Shown here: one piece after another, positions 20,057 to 29,507 of the stretch
How the letters are laid out: each line of letters opens with the position of its first letter
Numbering within the stretch: position 1 is the stretch's first letter
Source of the DNA: Candidatus Latescibacterota bacterium
GTDB lineage: Bacteria; Latescibacterota; UBA2968
Direction: 5' to 3'
Assembly (NCBI GenBank): GCA_965222605.1
Contig: OZ244960.1
Coordinates: 3,872,001 to 3,936,000 of the forward strand
Length of the DNA stretch: 64,000 bases
The notes under the pieces: model-generated
Seen by the model: the letters and a program-made list of their open reading frames with translations, nothing else
Told to the model about the DNA's origin: nothing
Databases searched by the model: none
Position numbers and translations under genes: made by a program

Positions 20057-20098
20057 GCCCTCACCCGGTTTTCCCAGGATAGAGTGAGGGCTTTTTCT
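20057..20098 (+). terminator. Internal terminator-like hairpin between lipoprotein and TonB receptor
   Basis: GCCCTCAC...GTGAGGGC followed by TTTTTCT. Confidence 0.55.
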
Positions 20099-20114
20099 CA
20101 GATAGAGATACGTT

Positions 20115-22316
20115 TTGAAATTCACAGCTTCTATTCTGGTTGTTGTGTTCTGTTTTTCCGCGATCAGCGCGTCGGATGAGACGCGTTTGCTCGAGGGATA
20201 TGTTTTTGATAACAAGACTCAACGCGCAATTGGCAATGTCGATATCAAACTCGATGATGGCGCAGCGGGCACGATAACCGATGAACAGGGCCGTTTTGTC
20301 CTGCGTCTATCGGAGGGCGTTCATCGCCTGTCTTTTTTTCGTCTCGGCTATCGGACAGCGCGTCGAGAAGTGAAGGTCTCAGGCTCGAAACTTCCCATTC
20401 TGTACGTCGAAATGGTCGCCCAGGAAATCCAGATTGATACCATTAACGTGTTGGGAAAAGATGCGGAGACTCGCTTTGAAGAATTGTACGAAGCCACTGG
20501 CGTGCTTTCTGGAGATGAACTTCAGAAGAAATACAGCCTCACGCTTGCCGAGACGATGAAAAACGAGATTGGCGTTGCCATCCGCAGCATGGGCCCTGCA
20601 CCTGCTCGACCAGTTATACGCGGCCTCAGTGGCGACCGCGTGCAGATCAATATAGACGGTATCGAGACCCGTGATCTGTCTGCCACTTCTGCTGATCACG
20701 CTGTTACTCTCGAACCTTTTAATTCAGAACGCCTCGAAATTATCCGGGGGCCGCGCACGCTGCTTCACACGGCATCGGCTATTGGCGGGGTTATCAATGT
20801 CGTGAAACAGAAAATTCCCGAGGAGCATCCGCAGAGCATTTTTGGCAGTGTTGGTGCTTATGGAGAGACGGTCAATCGGGGATATCTCTCAGCCGCTGGT
20901 ATTACAGTGCCCGTGGGTCCGCTCGCGCTTTATGCCGAGACCACGTACCGCAATACCCGGGATGTGCAAACCCCCATTGGCAGGCTCGCCAATACACCTA
21001 TTGACACGCGCACGCATACGCTCGGTCTGTCATATCCCACTGATCGGGGGTATGTCGGTGCCTCTTTTGATCAGTTCGATACCCAATACGGCATTCCCGG
21101 CGGATTTATTGGCGGGCATCCCAATGGTGTAGATCTGGATATTGAGCGCCGCGTGTTTGATGGCAAAGCGGCCTACCATTTTGATCGCCAGGTGCTCAGT
21201 AGCGTAGAGATGGATTTTACCAGGACCTTCTATCATCACTTCGAGTTCGAATCCAGCGGCAGTATTGGGTCCGAGTTTTTGTTCCACGACTACGGCGGCG
21301 ATCTCAAATTGCATTTGAACACACAAGGCCAGACGCGAAATACCGTTCTCGCTCTCGGCTTTGGCCATCACAATCTCAAATTGGGCGCGTTTGTTTTTAC
21401 GCCGCCCACGCGAGAGCAAAACGCCTCCTTAGGTCTTTACCACGAATTTACCTATCGCGACATCGAATTTCAGGCCTCTGCTCGTTATACGTATGCCGAC
21501 TTTGATCCGCGTCCCAGAACAAGGACGACCGCGGATCTCGATGTAGATCGCACCTTTCACGCATGGTCTGCGGCGATCAGTCCGCTTGTGTCCATTACCG
21601 ACCGGGTAACCGGCGGTTTGAACCTTAGCCGATCCCAGCGCGTGCCCACGATTGAAGAGCTATACAACGATGGGCCGCATTTAGCTGCGTACACTTTTGA
21701 GGTGGGCAATGTCGATCTCGAGGCCGAAACGAGTCTGGGTTTCGAGGTTTTTTTTCACTATTTGCAACCAGGTCTCAATTTTGTTTTGAGCGGATATTGG
21801 AACGAGTTTGATATTTATATTGCTCCGCGCAATACCGGAGAGATCAATTTCGCCCAACTTCTGCCGATCTACGCTTCCGATGGTGTTGCCGCGCGATTTT
21901 TGGGTGTGGAGATGCATCTGGGGTGGCGTTTGAATACCCGTCTGAATCTGGAATTTAACGGCAGTTACGTGCGCGGCGAGAATAGGGATGAGGATTTGCC
22001 CTTGCCCGAAATGCCGCCGCTCAAGTTTGTTGGTAGCGCAACCTATGAGCACCCCTGGCTTACTGTTGGCGGGACTGCGGAATTTGTCGCAGGACAGGAT
22101 CGCGTGGATATATTCGAAGAGCCTACGGATGGCTATGCTGTTTTCAGTGTCTATGCCCAGCGCGACATTAACACCGACCATACCCGCCATAGTATTATTC
22201 TCTCTTTGGACAATCTTTTCAATACGGAATACCGCAACCATCTCTCGCGCATTCGATCCGTGATGCCCGAAACAGGGCGGAGTATTAAAGCGCATTACAA
22301 GATGTCTTTCTTTTAA
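20115..22316 (+). CDS. TonB-dependent receptor, ZnuD-like metal transporter
   Basis: TLAET...SMGPAPARPVIRGLSGDRV, SADHAV, EELYNDGPHLA, NLFNTEYRNHLS; C-terminal Phe. Confidence 0.85.
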   Translation: MKFTASILVVVFCFSAISASDETRLLEGYVFDNKTQRAIGNVDIKLDDGAAGTITDEQGRFVLRLSEGVHRLSFFRLGYRTARREVKVSGSKLPILYVEMVAQEIQIDTINVLGKDAETRFEELYEATGVLSGDELQKKYSLTLAETMKNEIGVAIRSMGPAPARPVIRGLSGDRVQINIDGIETRDLSATSADHAVTLEPFNSERLEIIRGPRTLLHTASAIGGVINVVKQKIPEEHPQSIFGSVGAYGETVNRGYLSAAGITVPVGPLALYAETTYRNTRDVQTPIGRLANTPIDTRTHTLGLSYPTDRGYVGASFDQFDTQYGIPGGFIGGHPNGVDLDIERRVFDGKAAYHFDRQVLSSVEMDFTRTFYHHFEFESSGSIGSEFLFHDYGGDLKLHLNTQGQTRNTVLALGFGHHNLKLGAFVFTPPTREQNASLGLYHEFTYRDIEFQASARYTYADFDPRPRTRTTADLDVDRTFHAWSAAISPLVSITDRVTGGLNLSRSQRVPTIEELYNDGPHLAAYTFEVGNVDLEAETSLGFEVFFHYLQPGLNFVLSGYWNEFDIYIAPRNTGEINFAQLLPIYASDGVAARFLGVEMHLGWRLNTRLNLEFNGSYVRGENRDEDLPLPEMPPLKFVGSATYEHPWLTVGGTAEFVAGQDRVDIFEEPTDGYAVFSVYAQRDINTDHTRHSIILSLDNLFNTEYRNHLSRIRSVMPETGRSIKAHYKMSFF

Positions 22317-22463
22317 TTTAGCGGTCCGATATGCTGCCCTTTACCACGCCCCAGTTCAGTCTGCTGATCTGGGGCTTGCTCTTTTCGAGGTCAAATCCTA
22401 TCTTTTGATTTGGGAAGGATAAAAAATAAATTTTGTAGCAAAATACACAAATGGAGGCCTGAA

Positions 22464-22703
22464 ATGGCAACCGATTCCATGTTGGCAGAAATTTTGAATA
22501 CAACGCGTTCTCTGTCAGTTGAGGAGAAAGTTCAATTGATTCGGGGTATGACCGATCAAGTCGAACAAGATCTTAAAGGTATAAAGAAGACTCAAAAGAG
22601 ATCTCTACGAGGTGTCTGGAAAGGACTGGACATCACAGATAGAGAGATTCGTCAAAACCGCGAGGAAATGTGGGGCAATTTCCCTCGAGAGGTTTCCCAA
22701 TGA
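22464..22703 (+). CDS. Putative antitoxin
   Basis: LSVEEKVQLI...KRSLRGVWKGL.IT..EI...REEMW.NFPRE; ATGA overlap with the PIN gene. Confidence 0.75.
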   Translation: MATDSMLAEILNTTRSLSVEEKVQLIRGMTDQVEQDLKGIKKTQKRSLRGVWKGLDITDREIRQNREEMWGNFPREVSQ

Positions 22704-23101
22704 CTCGTGCAGTCACCGATACGCATGGTTTGATCTGGTATTTGGAGGGTAGCGTTCTTTTGGGATCCAAGGCCAGCCAAATTTTTGATGCCTGTGAACA
22801 AGGCGACGCTTTCATTTATATACCCACGATCTGTTTGGTCGAGATTCTTTATTTACAAGAAAAAGGTCGTATTCCACTTGAAAACCAGCAACTACTTCAA
22901 GATAATCTAAAAGCAGGTGAGAGCAATTTGGCTTTGGTAGATCTAACCCAGGATATTGTTCACAAAATAGCCGAGATACCCCGAACAATAGTGCCTGATA
23001 TGCCTGACCGCATCATTGCGGGTACTGCGCTGTATATGGAATTGCCGCTGATAAGTAAAGATGAAAAAATTCAGCAATCACAAGTAGCAACAATCTGGTA
23101 A
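22700..23101 (+). CDS. PIN-domain toxin (VapC-like)
   Basis: VTDTHGLIWYL, IPTICLVEI, DMPDRIIAGTA, LISKDEKI. Confidence 0.88.
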   Translation: MTRAVTDTHGLIWYLEGSVLLGSKASQIFDACEQGDAFIYIPTICLVEILYLQEKGRIPLENQQLLQDNLKAGESNLALVDLTQDIVHKIAEIPRTIVPDMPDRIIAGTALYMELPLISKDEKIQQSQVATIW

Positions 23102-23129
23102 GTAGTCATTGAAACAGGAGTCTGTTGAC

Positions 23130-23843
23130 ATGCATCATTCCACTGAATCGAAAGAAAAACTCGATATTCTCGAACATGGCGCGCCTGTTGATGGGGAGCC
23201 GCAAACGAGTGATAGGCGGCTTTACATGCAGTTGCAGGTTTTTACGGGTGTCGGAGATGTCTATGCCGTATCTGAGGCACTCGAACGAAGTGGTCTCGAT
23301 GCGGCGCTCTATCTCGACGCGCACGATCCCTATGGCATTGGTATTGTTTTTTTGGCTGAATCACCCGATTTGTTTGTTACCGATATTCGCGCGCTGCTCA
23401 ATAGCGATCCATTCTCTGCCTGTACACGTCGTCCTGAACTCACCATGCTCGGGCGCACGTATGCCACGGGTTACGAGCCGGATCTCAAATACGCTCTTAT
23501 TGACCGACCGCGCGATAATGTGCTCAATCCCGAGTGGCCCTGGGCGATCTGGTACCCACTGCGCCGCAATGGGGCTTTTGCCCGCCTTGACCACAGGGAA
23601 CAGCGCAAAATTTTGATGGAGCACGCATCTATCGGACGCGCTTATGGACGCGAAGATTACGCGCACGATATTCGCCTGGCCAGCTATGGTCTCGATGCCG
23701 ATGATAATGATTTTATCATTGGTTTGATCGGTGCAGAACTCTATCCGCTCTCTCGCGTTGTGCAGGATATGAGAAAAACCCAGCAAACCGCACTTTATAT
23801 CGAAACGCTGGGTCCTTTTTTTGTGGGGAAAAAATATGAATAA
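23130..23843 (+). CDS. Chlorite dismutase / coproheme decarboxylase (HemQ/ChdC) family
   Basis: WYPLRR...ILMEHASIGRAY...DIRLASYGLD..DNDFIIGL...VQDMRKT.QT..Y...GPFFVG. Confidence 0.85.
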   Translation: MHHSTESKEKLDILEHGAPVDGEPQTSDRRLYMQLQVFTGVGDVYAVSEALERSGLDAALYLDAHDPYGIGIVFLAESPDLFVTDIRALLNSDPFSACTRRPELTMLGRTYATGYEPDLKYALIDRPRDNVLNPEWPWAIWYPLRRNGAFARLDHREQRKILMEHASIGRAYGREDYAHDIRLASYGLDADDNDFIIGLIGAELYPLSRVVQDMRKTQQTALYIETLGPFFVGKKYE

Positions 23844-23900
23844 GGGTGAGGATTAGTGATTGGTAAAAAATCGATAGCTGTTAATAGGAGAACAGGTGTT

Positions 23901-24708
23901 ATGCACGGAGATCACAGTGAAAGAGTCAGACTTAAGGAAGCTACAACCATTATCATTGCAGGTGGGGTCACAAACGGCATACTGGGAGCCGTAAAAATCG
24001 TCCTCGGTAGTTTTACAGGTTACCTCCCATTGATTGCTTCAGGGGTCCACTCGCTGTCGGACATTGTATCCGATGTCGTGGCTTGGGTCGCCGTGCTGAT
24101 GGGATCGCAGTCTAAGAAACAGCATGAAGATTTAAGGTTTCATTATGGTCGCCGTCGTATCGAAACTCTCCTGTCGCTTTTTGCAGCTTTTCTTCTGGCG
24201 TTCGTGAGTGTAGAACTGATCCTTGATGCTTTTGGCTATCACGGCCACGGTCATGGGATGTCCATAAATATTGTGAAAAAAGCGGAGATGCCTGTTACTA
24301 AAGACGATCATGGTCATGAACTTCCCGTAGAAACGCCTGATGCGAAAGAGGATCACGGTCACGAGCATCCCACAACGTCTGATACCAAAGAGGCCCACGG
24401 TCATGAACTTCCCGTAGAAACGCCTGATGCAAAAGAGGCCCACGGTCACGAGCATCCCATAGGCCATGATGAAGATGGCTCAAGTTATTTGTTCCTCATC
24501 AGTGTGGTCATCATCATTTCAATAATTGCCAAGGAAATATTTTTTCGCATTACTCGGCGAACCGGATATCACGATAGCAGAAGGGCATGATATCGCTAAA
24601 CAGGTCCGTGAGAATATTATGGATCAAGTGCCCAATGTGATTGATGTGACCACCCTGTTGACGCCTAAAGGTGAATACGTGCGGCAGTTTCTGGATTCGG
24701 ATGCATAA
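23901..24708 (+). pseudogene. Cation diffusion facilitator (FieF-like) with His-rich repeat loop; internally deleted and frameshifted
   Basis: HSLSDIVSD, HYGRRRIETL, TM4 KEIFFR, then stop at 24590; the C-terminal domain EPDITIAEGHDIAKQVR..I...VPNVIDV is in another frame; TM5-6 are missing. Confidence 0.75.
24309..24458 (+). repeat. About 87-bp in-frame tandem duplication encoding HGHE-rich units
   Basis: HGHELPVETPDAKE(D/A)HGHEHP occurs twice, 29 codons apart. Confidence 0.85.
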
Positions 24709-24716
24709 GTGCTTTC

Positions 24717-25463
24717 TCACAACTTTTCCAAAATCATCTTACGCATCGCATATGCCATCAGGGGTGGGCACCATTTGCCCAGGAGGGCGAGCATTCGATT
24801 GTTGGCACCTGGGACGATAAGGTGTCTTTTCTTTTTTATGCCGCGAAAGATGTGGTGCGCCAATTTTGCGGGTGGCATGCGTTTTTCTTCGCGTGTGTTG
24901 TGTGGGCTGTGACGCCGCGCGTGGGCTGTGCGCGTTGGGCCGGGGAAAACTGTCATGACGTGAATATTCTGCGGTGCAAGGGCGATGGATAAACTGCGTG
25001 CGTAGGAGGCTAACCCGCTCTTGGTTGCAGCATAAGTTGCAGCACCCGGATAGCTTGTGTAGTGGGAAAGGGAGGAGATGAAGATTATGGACGCGCCTTT
25101 TGCGATCAGGTCGGCTTTTAGCAATGCCGCTGTGAGCACCATAGGTGCGTAGAAGTTCACGGCGATTATTTGTTCTTGATTTTCTATGTCTATGTTGGGA
25201 AATCGCCCCACGGCGTTGATGCCCGCGTTGTGAATCAATACGTCAATGGCTTTTCCCTGGATCAGTTCGGGGAGAACTCGCGCGATGTCCGTTTCAGAAC
25301 GCAGGTCTGCAATGACAAATCGCGCATTCAATTCCCGTTCGACTCTCGCTGCGCCCGCGGTATCTATATCCACGCCCGTTATGGCATGTCCCGCCTGTGC
25401 AAAGCAATGGGCAAGTGCTTTGCCGATTCCAGCCGCCGCGCCTGTAATGACCGCGTGTTTCAC
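24717..25463 (-). CDS. Short-chain dehydrogenase/reductase
   Basis: VITGAAAGIG, HNAG, YAATKSG; GTG start overlaps the upstream TGA. Confidence 0.9.
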   Translation of the reverse strand: MKHAVITGAAAGIGKALAHCFAQAGHAITGVDIDTAGAARVERELNARFVIADLRSETDIARVLPELIQGKAIDVLIHNAGINAVGRFPNIDIENQEQIIAVNFYAPMVLTAALLKADLIAKGASIIFISSLSHYTSYPGAATYAATKSGLASYARSLSIALAPQNIHVMTVFPGPTRTAHARRHSPHNTREEKRMPPAKLAHHIFRGIKKKRHLIVPGANNRMLALLGKWCPPLMAYAMRKMILEKL

Positions 25464-26194
25464 GTTGCACGCACCATAGAGTTGACCATGCCTTCGCAAT
25501 AGCGTCCCAAAAATCGCGCCCAGGCGTTTCGCCGTCCAATTGTCACGACAAAACGCCGTCCATCTATCGCCTGTGTGATTTTTTGGGCGACCTGTTCTGC
25601 CGGTGGAAATCCTTTTGTCTTTTCGTTGTCCATGCCAATTTTTCGATGTAATCCCGTGTGTGTTGCACCCGGGTGAATGATCTGTACATTTATGTCGCCC
25701 TCGATTTGCAAATTGCGTCCCAGCGCGTTGAGGGCTTCTTTGCTCGCTGCGTACACGGCGTAATCGGGACAGGGAAAGGCATGTGTGATTGAGCCGATCA
25801 ATACGAGTTTTCCATTGGTTTTTTTCAGGTATGGAATCAGGGCGTGTGTCAAGCGCAAAGGGGCCATGAGGTTGACTGCGAGGATGTCTCGAATGCTTTC
25901 CGCGCTTTGCTCTGCGATGGATCCGAAATATCCGGTGCCAGCATTCTGAATCGCCAGATCTATGGCGTCGATTTTTTGCGCGTTCAGAAATTCGCATACC
26001 CGATTTGCACAATCGTTCTGCGATAGGTCTGCACGACAATATGTGTCTTTGGTGTACAACGCATCATTGAGTGCGCTCAGTGCGCGTCTGCCCACCATTA
26101 CCAACCGTTCTCCGCGCGCCCGATAGATTTTTGCAAGTGCCCGACCAATCCCATCTGTTGCGCCGGTGATCAAGACTGTTTTTTTTGATTTCAA
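25460..26194 (-). CDS. Short-chain dehydrogenase/reductase
   Basis: LITGATDGIG, QNAG, YAASKEA. Confidence 0.9.
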   Translation of the reverse strand: MKSKKTVLITGATDGIGRALAKIYRARGERLVMVGRRALSALNDALYTKDTYCRADLSQNDCANRVCEFLNAQKIDAIDLAIQNAGTGYFGSIAEQSAESIRDILAVNLMAPLRLTHALIPYLKKTNGKLVLIGSITHAFPCPDYAVYAASKEALNALGRNLQIEGDINVQIIHPGATHTGLHRKIGMDNEKTKGFPPAEQVAQKITQAIDGRRFVVTIGRRNAWARFLGRYCEGMVNSMVRAT

Positions 26195-26292
26195 AAAGGT
26201 TTCCTCACCTTTATCCCTGGCTGTGTGGATTTGCGCTTGACGCTTTTCTTTTCGTCATGTACTATGCTCCTAACTTAATGCAGGAGTTCCAC

Positions 26293-27495
26293 ATGATCCA
26301 GCGTCTTGAAACCCTTTATTATCAGTGTTTGCGTCATATCGAACAGGATCTCACACCTTTCCACATGCTGGTTGGTGCCAATGGTAGCGGTAAGACGACT
26401 TTTCTCGACGCTATTGCATTTTTTGGGGATTTTGTGCGCGATGGCCTCGATGCAGCTATTTACGGCCGGGCGAGTGATTTACGCGATCTGACCTGGCACG
26501 GTTTTGCAGATCGATTTGAAATCGCTGTTGAATTGGCTGTGCCCGCGCACGAATCCAATCTGTTTTCCGATCGGAATTTTTCGCGGTGTCGATACGAAAT
26601 CGCTATTGGCGTGACCGAAGAAAACGGTGAAGTCGGGATTCTCTCCGAGCGGGTGCTTTTGCTCACAGATATTCAGCGAGATGATCGCGCTGTTCAAGAA
26701 TCGCTTTTTGTCGTAGATAAGCCCACACCGCAAACTCTGGCGACGCCCAGGCTGCGCGGCGTCAAAACCATTGTCAATAAAGTACCTGGTGGCAATGATA
26801 AATTTTATGATGAATCCGGCACGGGATGGGATCCTTCTTTCAAACTCGGCGCGAGGCGTTCAGCTCTGGGCAATTTGCCCGAAGATGAATCGCGTTTTCC
26901 CATCGCAACATGGCTCAAACACATTCTTTCATACGGCATTCGCAAATTCGATCTCAACGGCGAACGCATTCGCCGCCCCAGTCCACCAGGGCAACCGCGC
27001 ACGCTGTTATCCGATGGTGCCAATCTACCCTGGGTGGTTGCTGCCCTGAAAGAGAATGAGCCGAGCAAGCATGCAGCCTGGCTGGCGCTTTTGCGCACTG
27101 TTTTGCCGGGTTTATCGGCTGTTCACACGGTTGTGCGTCCCGAAGATCAACACTGCTATCTCGTGGTCAAGCACCACAATGATCTCGAAACACCGTCGTG
27201 GATGTTGTCCGATGGAACTCTGCGCTTGCTGGCTCTAACATTGCTGGTTTATGCGCCCGATGGCGATGGGATATGTTTGCTCGAAGTTCCGGAAAACGGT
27301 CTTCATTCTGGCGCGGTAGAAGCGGTCTTCAAGGCATTTAGTGCTGTAGCACAACACGAGGATAGGGCGCGTGCCCAAATTTTGACCACTACGCATTCGC
27401 CCGTTGTTCTCGACCTGGCTGATCCGGAGCAATTGCTCTGTTTTGTGACTACTGAAACAGGTGCGACACAAATTGTATCGGGTGCTGACCAGTAG
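26293..27495 (+). CDS. AAA_21/ABC-type ATPase, MAD3-like, possibly degenerate
   Basis: Walker A GANGSGKT, SDGTLRLLAL signature, altered Walker B LLEVPENGLH, TTHSP. Confidence 0.75.
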   Translation: MIQRLETLYYQCLRHIEQDLTPFHMLVGANGSGKTTFLDAIAFFGDFVRDGLDAAIYGRASDLRDLTWHGFADRFEIAVELAVPAHESNLFSDRNFSRCRYEIAIGVTEENGEVGILSERVLLLTDIQRDDRAVQESLFVVDKPTPQTLATPRLRGVKTIVNKVPGGNDKFYDESGTGWDPSFKLGARRSALGNLPEDESRFPIATWLKHILSYGIRKFDLNGERIRRPSPPGQPRTLLSDGANLPWVVAALKENEPSKHAAWLALLRTVLPGLSAVHTVVRPEDQHCYLVVKHHNDLETPSWMLSDGTLRLLALTLLVYAPDGDGICLLEVPENGLHSGAVEAVFKAFSAVAQHEDRARAQILTTTHSPVVLDLADPEQLLCFVTTETGATQIVSGADQ

Positions 27496-27561
27496 TGCTG
27501 GGTGGGCTGATGGCTGTTGACATATATGTAGCCTCCTGTTATATTGGTTTTACTAATAATA

Positions 27562-27639
27562 TCTGACGCAACTGGCGAATATCCGGATAACCGGAGGGGA
27601 GCGTTAGAACTAAAAATTCAAGGGGTCGATCGCCTGGGC
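27562..27639 (+). ncRNA. ZMP/ZTP (pfl) riboswitch
   Basis: P1 TCTGACGC/GCGTTAGA, ACTGGCGAA, CCGG.TAACCGG.GGGGAGC, A-rich linker, 3' CGCCTGGGC; upstream of purH. Confidence 0.9.
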
Positions 27640-27668
27640 TCAATCCGTTAGAGGATTGGGCTTTTTTT
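27638..27668 (+). terminator. ZTP riboswitch terminator
   Basis: GCTCAATCC-GTTAGA-GGATTGGGC followed by a T run; overlaps the aptamer 3' end. Confidence 0.85.
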
Positions 27669-27688
27669 CTTTTCAAGAGGATTGTCTT

Positions 27689-28864
27689 ATGTCTCAAGAT
27701 GGACTGATTCTTCGCTATGGTTGCAATCCGCATCAATCTGATGCGCGTGCGTACTCTCTTGATGGCAAATTGCCTTTCGCGGTGCTCAATGGCGCGCCGG
27801 GTTATATTAACTTGCTCGACGCGCTCAATTCATGGCAACTCGTGCGCGAGCTTAAAGAGGTGCTCAATCTGCCAGCGGCTGCTTCTTTTAAGCACTTAAG
27901 CCCTGCTGGTGCGGCTGTTGCCGTTCCCATTTCCGACGCGCTGCAACGGGCGTATTTTGTCGATGATTTCGATCTTTCGCCTCTGGCTACGGCTTATGCC
28001 CGCGCTCGGGGTGCGGATAGGCTTTCTTCTTTTGGCGATTGGGTGGCTTTAAGCGATGAGGTGGATCAATCGACTGCGCGCTTGCTCAGTCGCGAAGTGT
28101 CCGATGGTATTATTGCGCCGGGCTATCAACCGGAGGCATTCGATATTCTTAAGAAAAAAAAAGGCGGCAGTTATGTCATTCTCCAGATGGATGAATCGTA
28201 CGCGCCTGCTGGCCCGGAAACCCGCGATGTTTTCGGCGTTGTTCTGGAACAGACGCGCAATGCCAGGACTGTTAACACAGATATTCTCACGAATATTGTG
28301 ACAAAGAATAAAGAGGTCTCTCCCGAAGCACAGCGCGATATGCTCGTGGCGACTATTGCTCTTAAGTACACGCAATCCAATTCGATGTGTTTTGCCTTTG
28401 ATGGGCAGGTTATCGGCAATGGCGCGGGGCAGCAAAATCGCCTGGCCTGTACGGACATTGCCGCGGGAAAGTCCGAGGCGTGGTACTTGCGCCAGCATTC
28501 GGATATTCTCGATTTCAAATTTAGAAAAGGTCTCAAACGCCCCGAGAAGATCAACGCTATTGAAGCCTATTTGCGCGGCGATATGACTCGTGAGGAACGT
28601 CGGGTTTGGGAAGCGTGTTTCGATACTGTGCCCCTGCCTTTGAGCGAGGACGCGCGGCGAGCGTGGATTAGACAAATGGACGATATTGTGCTCAGTTCCG
28701 ATGCGTTTATCCCTTTTCGAGACAATATTGATCGGGCTGCTCGCACGGGTGTCAAATATGTGGTTGAGACCGGAGGTTCAGTGCGCGACGACGATGTCAT
28801 CGCAGCTTGCGATGAATACGGTATGCTTCTGGTTATGACCGGGGTGCGTTTGTTCCATCATTAA
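27689..28864 (+). CDS. purH: AICAR transformylase (short PurH without the IMP cyclohydrolase domain)
   Basis: LRYGCNPHQ, GYINLLDALN, SFKHLSPAGAA, KYTQSN, SDAFIPFRDNI, GGSVRD, RLFHH. Confidence 0.92.
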   Translation: MSQDGLILRYGCNPHQSDARAYSLDGKLPFAVLNGAPGYINLLDALNSWQLVRELKEVLNLPAAASFKHLSPAGAAVAVPISDALQRAYFVDDFDLSPLATAYARARGADRLSSFGDWVALSDEVDQSTARLLSREVSDGIIAPGYQPEAFDILKKKKGGSYVILQMDESYAPAGPETRDVFGVVLEQTRNARTVNTDILTNIVTKNKEVSPEAQRDMLVATIALKYTQSNSMCFAFDGQVIGNGAGQQNRLACTDIAAGKSEAWYLRQHSDILDFKFRKGLKRPEKINAIEAYLRGDMTREERRVWEACFDTVPLPLSEDARRAWIRQMDDIVLSSDAFIPFRDNIDRAARTGVKYVVETGGSVRDDDVIAACDEYGMLLVMTGVRLFHH

Positions 28865-28878
28865 AACTGCTGATTGCC

Positions 28879-28966
28879 AAACCTTAACGTAACGTCAAAG
28901 TTTTTCGTTGACATTGATGTTGTGTTAAGGTATATTTTTTCTAACTTTAACGTAACGTCAAAGTTT
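28879..28966 (+). promoter_or_regulatory. Sigma-70 promoter flanked by two palindromic operators
   Basis: AAC(C/T)TTAACGT-A-ACGTCAAAGTT at 28880-28902 and 28943-28965; TTGACA(28908)-17 bp-TATATT(28931) between them. Confidence 0.8.
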
Positions 28967-29000
28967 GTCTGTTCCGCTCATAAAAACGAGGTGATTTGTT

Positions 29001-29507
29001 GTGTCAAAATGCAATGATGGTTTGATACATATTGGGAAATTGGCAAAAGAAGCCGGCACGACCACCCGCACAGTGCGCTATTACGAAGAGATGGGGCTGA
29101 TATGTCCCGAATGTCGAAGCAGCGGTGGTTTTCGATGTTATTCCCACGAGCAACTTGCGCGGTTGCGCATGATCTTGAGTCTGAAAGAGATGGAATTTGA
29201 TCTCGAACATATCAAGGTCATTATTGACAAACGAGAAAAACACAAAACCGCAGGCGAACTCGCGCATGATATTCTCGAAGATCTCAATGGTCGTCTTCGT
29301 GAAGTTGAAGAACAGATTGCACACTACAAGCATATACGCGAAACACTGACCCAAACCATAGCCAGTATCTGCGCGTGTTTGCCCTGTGATCTCAGAGTTG
29401 AAGAGCGTCTCTGTCCAGCGTGTCAAACGCTCAACCAACCGACGTGTCAGTCCGTACCATTTTTTCACTCCCTATCAACTGCCGAGACACTGGAATTAAA
29501 ACTATGA
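29001..29507 (+). CDS. MerR-family transcriptional regulator with Cys-rich C-terminus
   Basis: IGKLAKEAGTTTRTVRYYEEMGLI...R.SGGFR.Y; tail CACLPC...CPAC...C. Confidence 0.9.
   Translation: MSKCNDGLIHIGKLAKEAGTTTRTVRYYEEMGLICPECRSSGGFRCYSHEQLARLRMILSLKEMEFDLEHIKVIIDKREKHKTAGELAHDILEDLNGRLREVEEQIAHYKHIRETLTQTIASICACLPCDLRVEERLCPACQTLNQPTCQSVPFFHSLSTAETLELKL

Noticed and set aside
23130-23843. True chlorite-detoxifying Cld
   Set aside because: No signal peptide or perchlorate-reduction context; a HemQ-like role is at least as likely, so only the family is called
24717-26039. 440-aa ORF as one long SDR fusion
   Set aside because: The N-terminal extension is an off-frame overlap with the upstream SDR; the real start is GTG at 25463
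29001-29507. CarH/LitR B12 photoreceptor or SoxR
   Set aside because: Too short, lacks a B12-binding domain, and the Cys spacing differs from the SoxR CxxCxCx5C motif
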